Below are positions 62,234 to 64,000 of a stretch of DNA of 64,000 bases, piece after piece. The DNA is from an uncultured cyanobacterium (lineage in GTDB: Bacteria > Cyanobacteriota > Cyanobacteriia > CAKZMO01). The translations under genes and the position numbers were made by a program. The notes beneath the pieces were generated by a model that was given only the letters and a program-made list of their open reading frames with translations, did not search any database and was not told where the DNA came from. Where the stretch lies: NCBI GenBank assembly GCA_963719515.1, contig CAVRCJ010000011.1:416001-480000 (forward strand), in the 5' to 3' direction. Numbering within the stretch: position 1 is the first letter of the stretch; each line of letters starts with the position of its first letter.

Positions 62234-63169
62234 CTAAGCTTCAGATAAATTTTTGATGATTCTTCTCAATTCTGATTTTCTTAAAAGAGAGCGAAATACA
62301 TTAAAGATATGGTATGTTGCTCTATAGGGAATAGAAAAATAAAGTAGATGAACGACTCTAATTAGCAACCACGAAAACTTTACCCGTGAACGGCTCTTTT
62401 CAAGACTCTCTATCCAATTAGAGAAGTCAAGCTCAGTTATTTCTGATTGCAGATCTTTAATTTTGGGTAGCCATTTGACGGCAAGATACCACTCAAGCAT
62501 GGGATGAATTTTTTCTTTATTTTTCGATTTGTTTGGTTTTAATTCAAGCACCTCAGCGAGCACCACATCTCTACCGCCAACATCAATAAACCGAAGAACA
62601 TCATTGATAAGCATTTTGGGATTACTAGTAAGATCATCATATTTTCTAACTAGTATCTGATCCGCATCAAAAAAGCGATTCCAGTTTTTATAAGCAGAGC
62701 TGTAATCTGTTAGGCGATAGGACAAACTTGTGTCGACGTATCGAAGCAATGCAAAAATGTTTGTCTTCTTAAATGCTGCTTTGTCTACATATGAATATGT
62801 CCAACCTCGGGTAATTGAGGAAATCAAGCGATCGACGGGATTACGAATGATATAGATGATTTTTAAGTCGGGAAGTAAGTTGCTAACAAGTTCTATCTCA
62901 TAAGGAAACATAGCTGAGTAGGTGGGGGTTACGTCACCCCTAGCCTTTGCAATATCCTGAGCCGAGTTTTTCTCAAAGCATGCATAGTATGGTTCAAAAC
63001 CCTCGGTTCTTAACTTTAGGTTGAAGAAGCTGTACTCTTTAGGTGACATGACAATATCGGGGTGTTCCTGTATCACTTTGTGTAGCCAAGTGCTGCCACA
63101 CCGCTGTCCTCCAATGCAAATAAATGTGGGCAGATTGCTTTGTTTTATGTGAAGTTTTTCTTTAGGCAC
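62234..63169 (-). CDS. Sulfotransferase
   Basis: 5'-PSB IGGQRCGSTWL and 3'-PB IIRNPVDRLIS. Confidence 0.9.
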   Translation of the reverse strand: MPKEKLHIKQSNLPTFICIGGQRCGSTWLHKVIQEHPDIVMSPKEYSFFNLKLRTEGFEPYYACFEKNSAQDIAKARGDVTPTYSAMFPYEIELVSNLLPDLKIIYIIRNPVDRLISSITRGWTYSYVDKAAFKKTNIFALLRYVDTSLSYRLTDYSSAYKNWNRFFDADQILVRKYDDLTSNPKMLINDVLRFIDVGGRDVVLAEVLELKPNKSKNKEKIHPMLEWYLAVKWLPKIKDLQSEITELDFSNWIESLEKSRSRVKFSWLLIRVVHLLYFSIPYRATYHIFNVFRSLLRKSELRRIIKNLSEA

Positions 63170-63563
63170 TTTACGACTCTTTGCTTAGTGATAAAAATTG
63201 CTGATATATTAGAAATCAATTTTTGGCAAGAAAAAATCAATATTTGAAATTGACAGCTACACCAAAACTTGCAGCCTGCGCAATAAAGTAGGCTTAGCTT
63301 CTTCTTATGGAGCAGATCACCGTGGCTCTAAAAATAGTAGCTGGTCTGATTTTTATAAATGCTTCCAGGCTACCGTTCTCAGCTGATGTCTAGCCTACCA
63401 CCTTAATCTAAACGCTGTTGATGGATAAGTAGTTCTAGGGCAATTGCTTCTATTGACTATAATTCACTTAAAACTACATTGACGTAGCGATTCACGTCAA
63501 TGTAGGGTAGCTAAGTGTAAATAGAATGAATACATGAATTTACTCTTATTCATTGGTAAACTC

Positions 63564-64000
63564 TTAGTTGCTCAGTTGGCAATAATTCCCCCATAAAAGA
63601 ACTTGCTTTTTGTCGATTGTTCGCTTAGCTAGATTATATTCAAAACACATAATTTGTTCAGCCTTTAGGTTAAAAGGTCTTTCTCGAAGTTGTATTGGCC
63701 TCCAATCACCATTAGAAATATCAGAGTTAACTATCCCTACTTCCTTTGTTCCCCATGGAAAGGGCCAGTATGGTTGATGATAGCGATTGCAGTCATTTGT
63801 AAGTAGTGCAAGTTTGTATTTCTTTAGCTGGCGCAAGAAAGTTAGAACACTTTCATTTTTTAAATGCTGAAGGACATCTTTAACAATAATAAGGTCAGCT
63901 GCAGGCAGTTCTTCACAAGTCAGATCAATGCAGGCAAAGTCTATATTTTGCTTTTTATATATCCTGTTTAGGTCATCAATGAGTTCTGGAACAACATCTA
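63564..64000 (-). CDS. Class I SAM-dependent methyltransferase-like protein (5' part outside window)
   Basis: Frame open from the window edge: DVVPELI...ADLIIVKDVLQHL...ALLTND. Confidence 0.75.
   Translation of the reverse strand, partial: DVVPELIDDLNRIYKKQNIDFACIDLTCEELPAADLIIVKDVLQHLKNESVLTFLRQLKKYKLALLTNDCNRYHQPYWPFPWGTKEVGIVNSDISNGDWRPIQLRERPFNLKAEQIMCFEYNLAKRTIDKKQVLLWGNYCQLSN

Larger units (their letters stand above)
1..64000. repeat. HIP1 octamer GCGATCGC dispersed through the window
   Basis: Many dozens of copies seen; none noticed in ~26.7-29.7 kb or the AT-rich end beyond ~62 kb. HIP1 is a known cyanobacterial marker. Confidence 0.9.

Overview
Chromosomal segment of a cyanobacterium: the HIP1 octamer GCGATCGC is frequent, and psb34, hik2, hetP-family, HpsJ and cyanoexosortase A genes are present. 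1-24 kb is mostly core genes (cimA, ferredoxin, thiO-thiG fusion, psb34, two histidine kinases, tRNA-CAT, pyrE, L,D-transpeptidase, GH1, ZIP, recQ). 24-38 kb is accessory. It holds a ~222-bp MITE family, Uma2, VapBC, and an integrase-less integron array (two attC sites plus an attI-like site, minus strand) whose cassette 1 encodes a phycobiliprotein-like protein lacking the bilin Cys. It also holds an ORF-less IS200/IS605-type element resembling a stand-alone TnpB omegaRNA, and two paralogous small genes with a covarying RBS-occluding hairpin. 40.5-50.7 kb is a type I secretion locus: C39-peptidase ABC transporter, HlyD, PPIase, HetP-family protein, an RTX protein and three small double-glycine-leader proteins. 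Five of its promoters share a TGCCA-N3-TGGCA palindrome 21-23 nt before a -10 box. 51-64 kb is an exopolysaccharide/PEP-CTERM-cyanoexosortase A cluster with a sulfotransferase. Several single-base frameshifts may be sequencing errors. All family calls come from motif recognition by eye; no searches were run.
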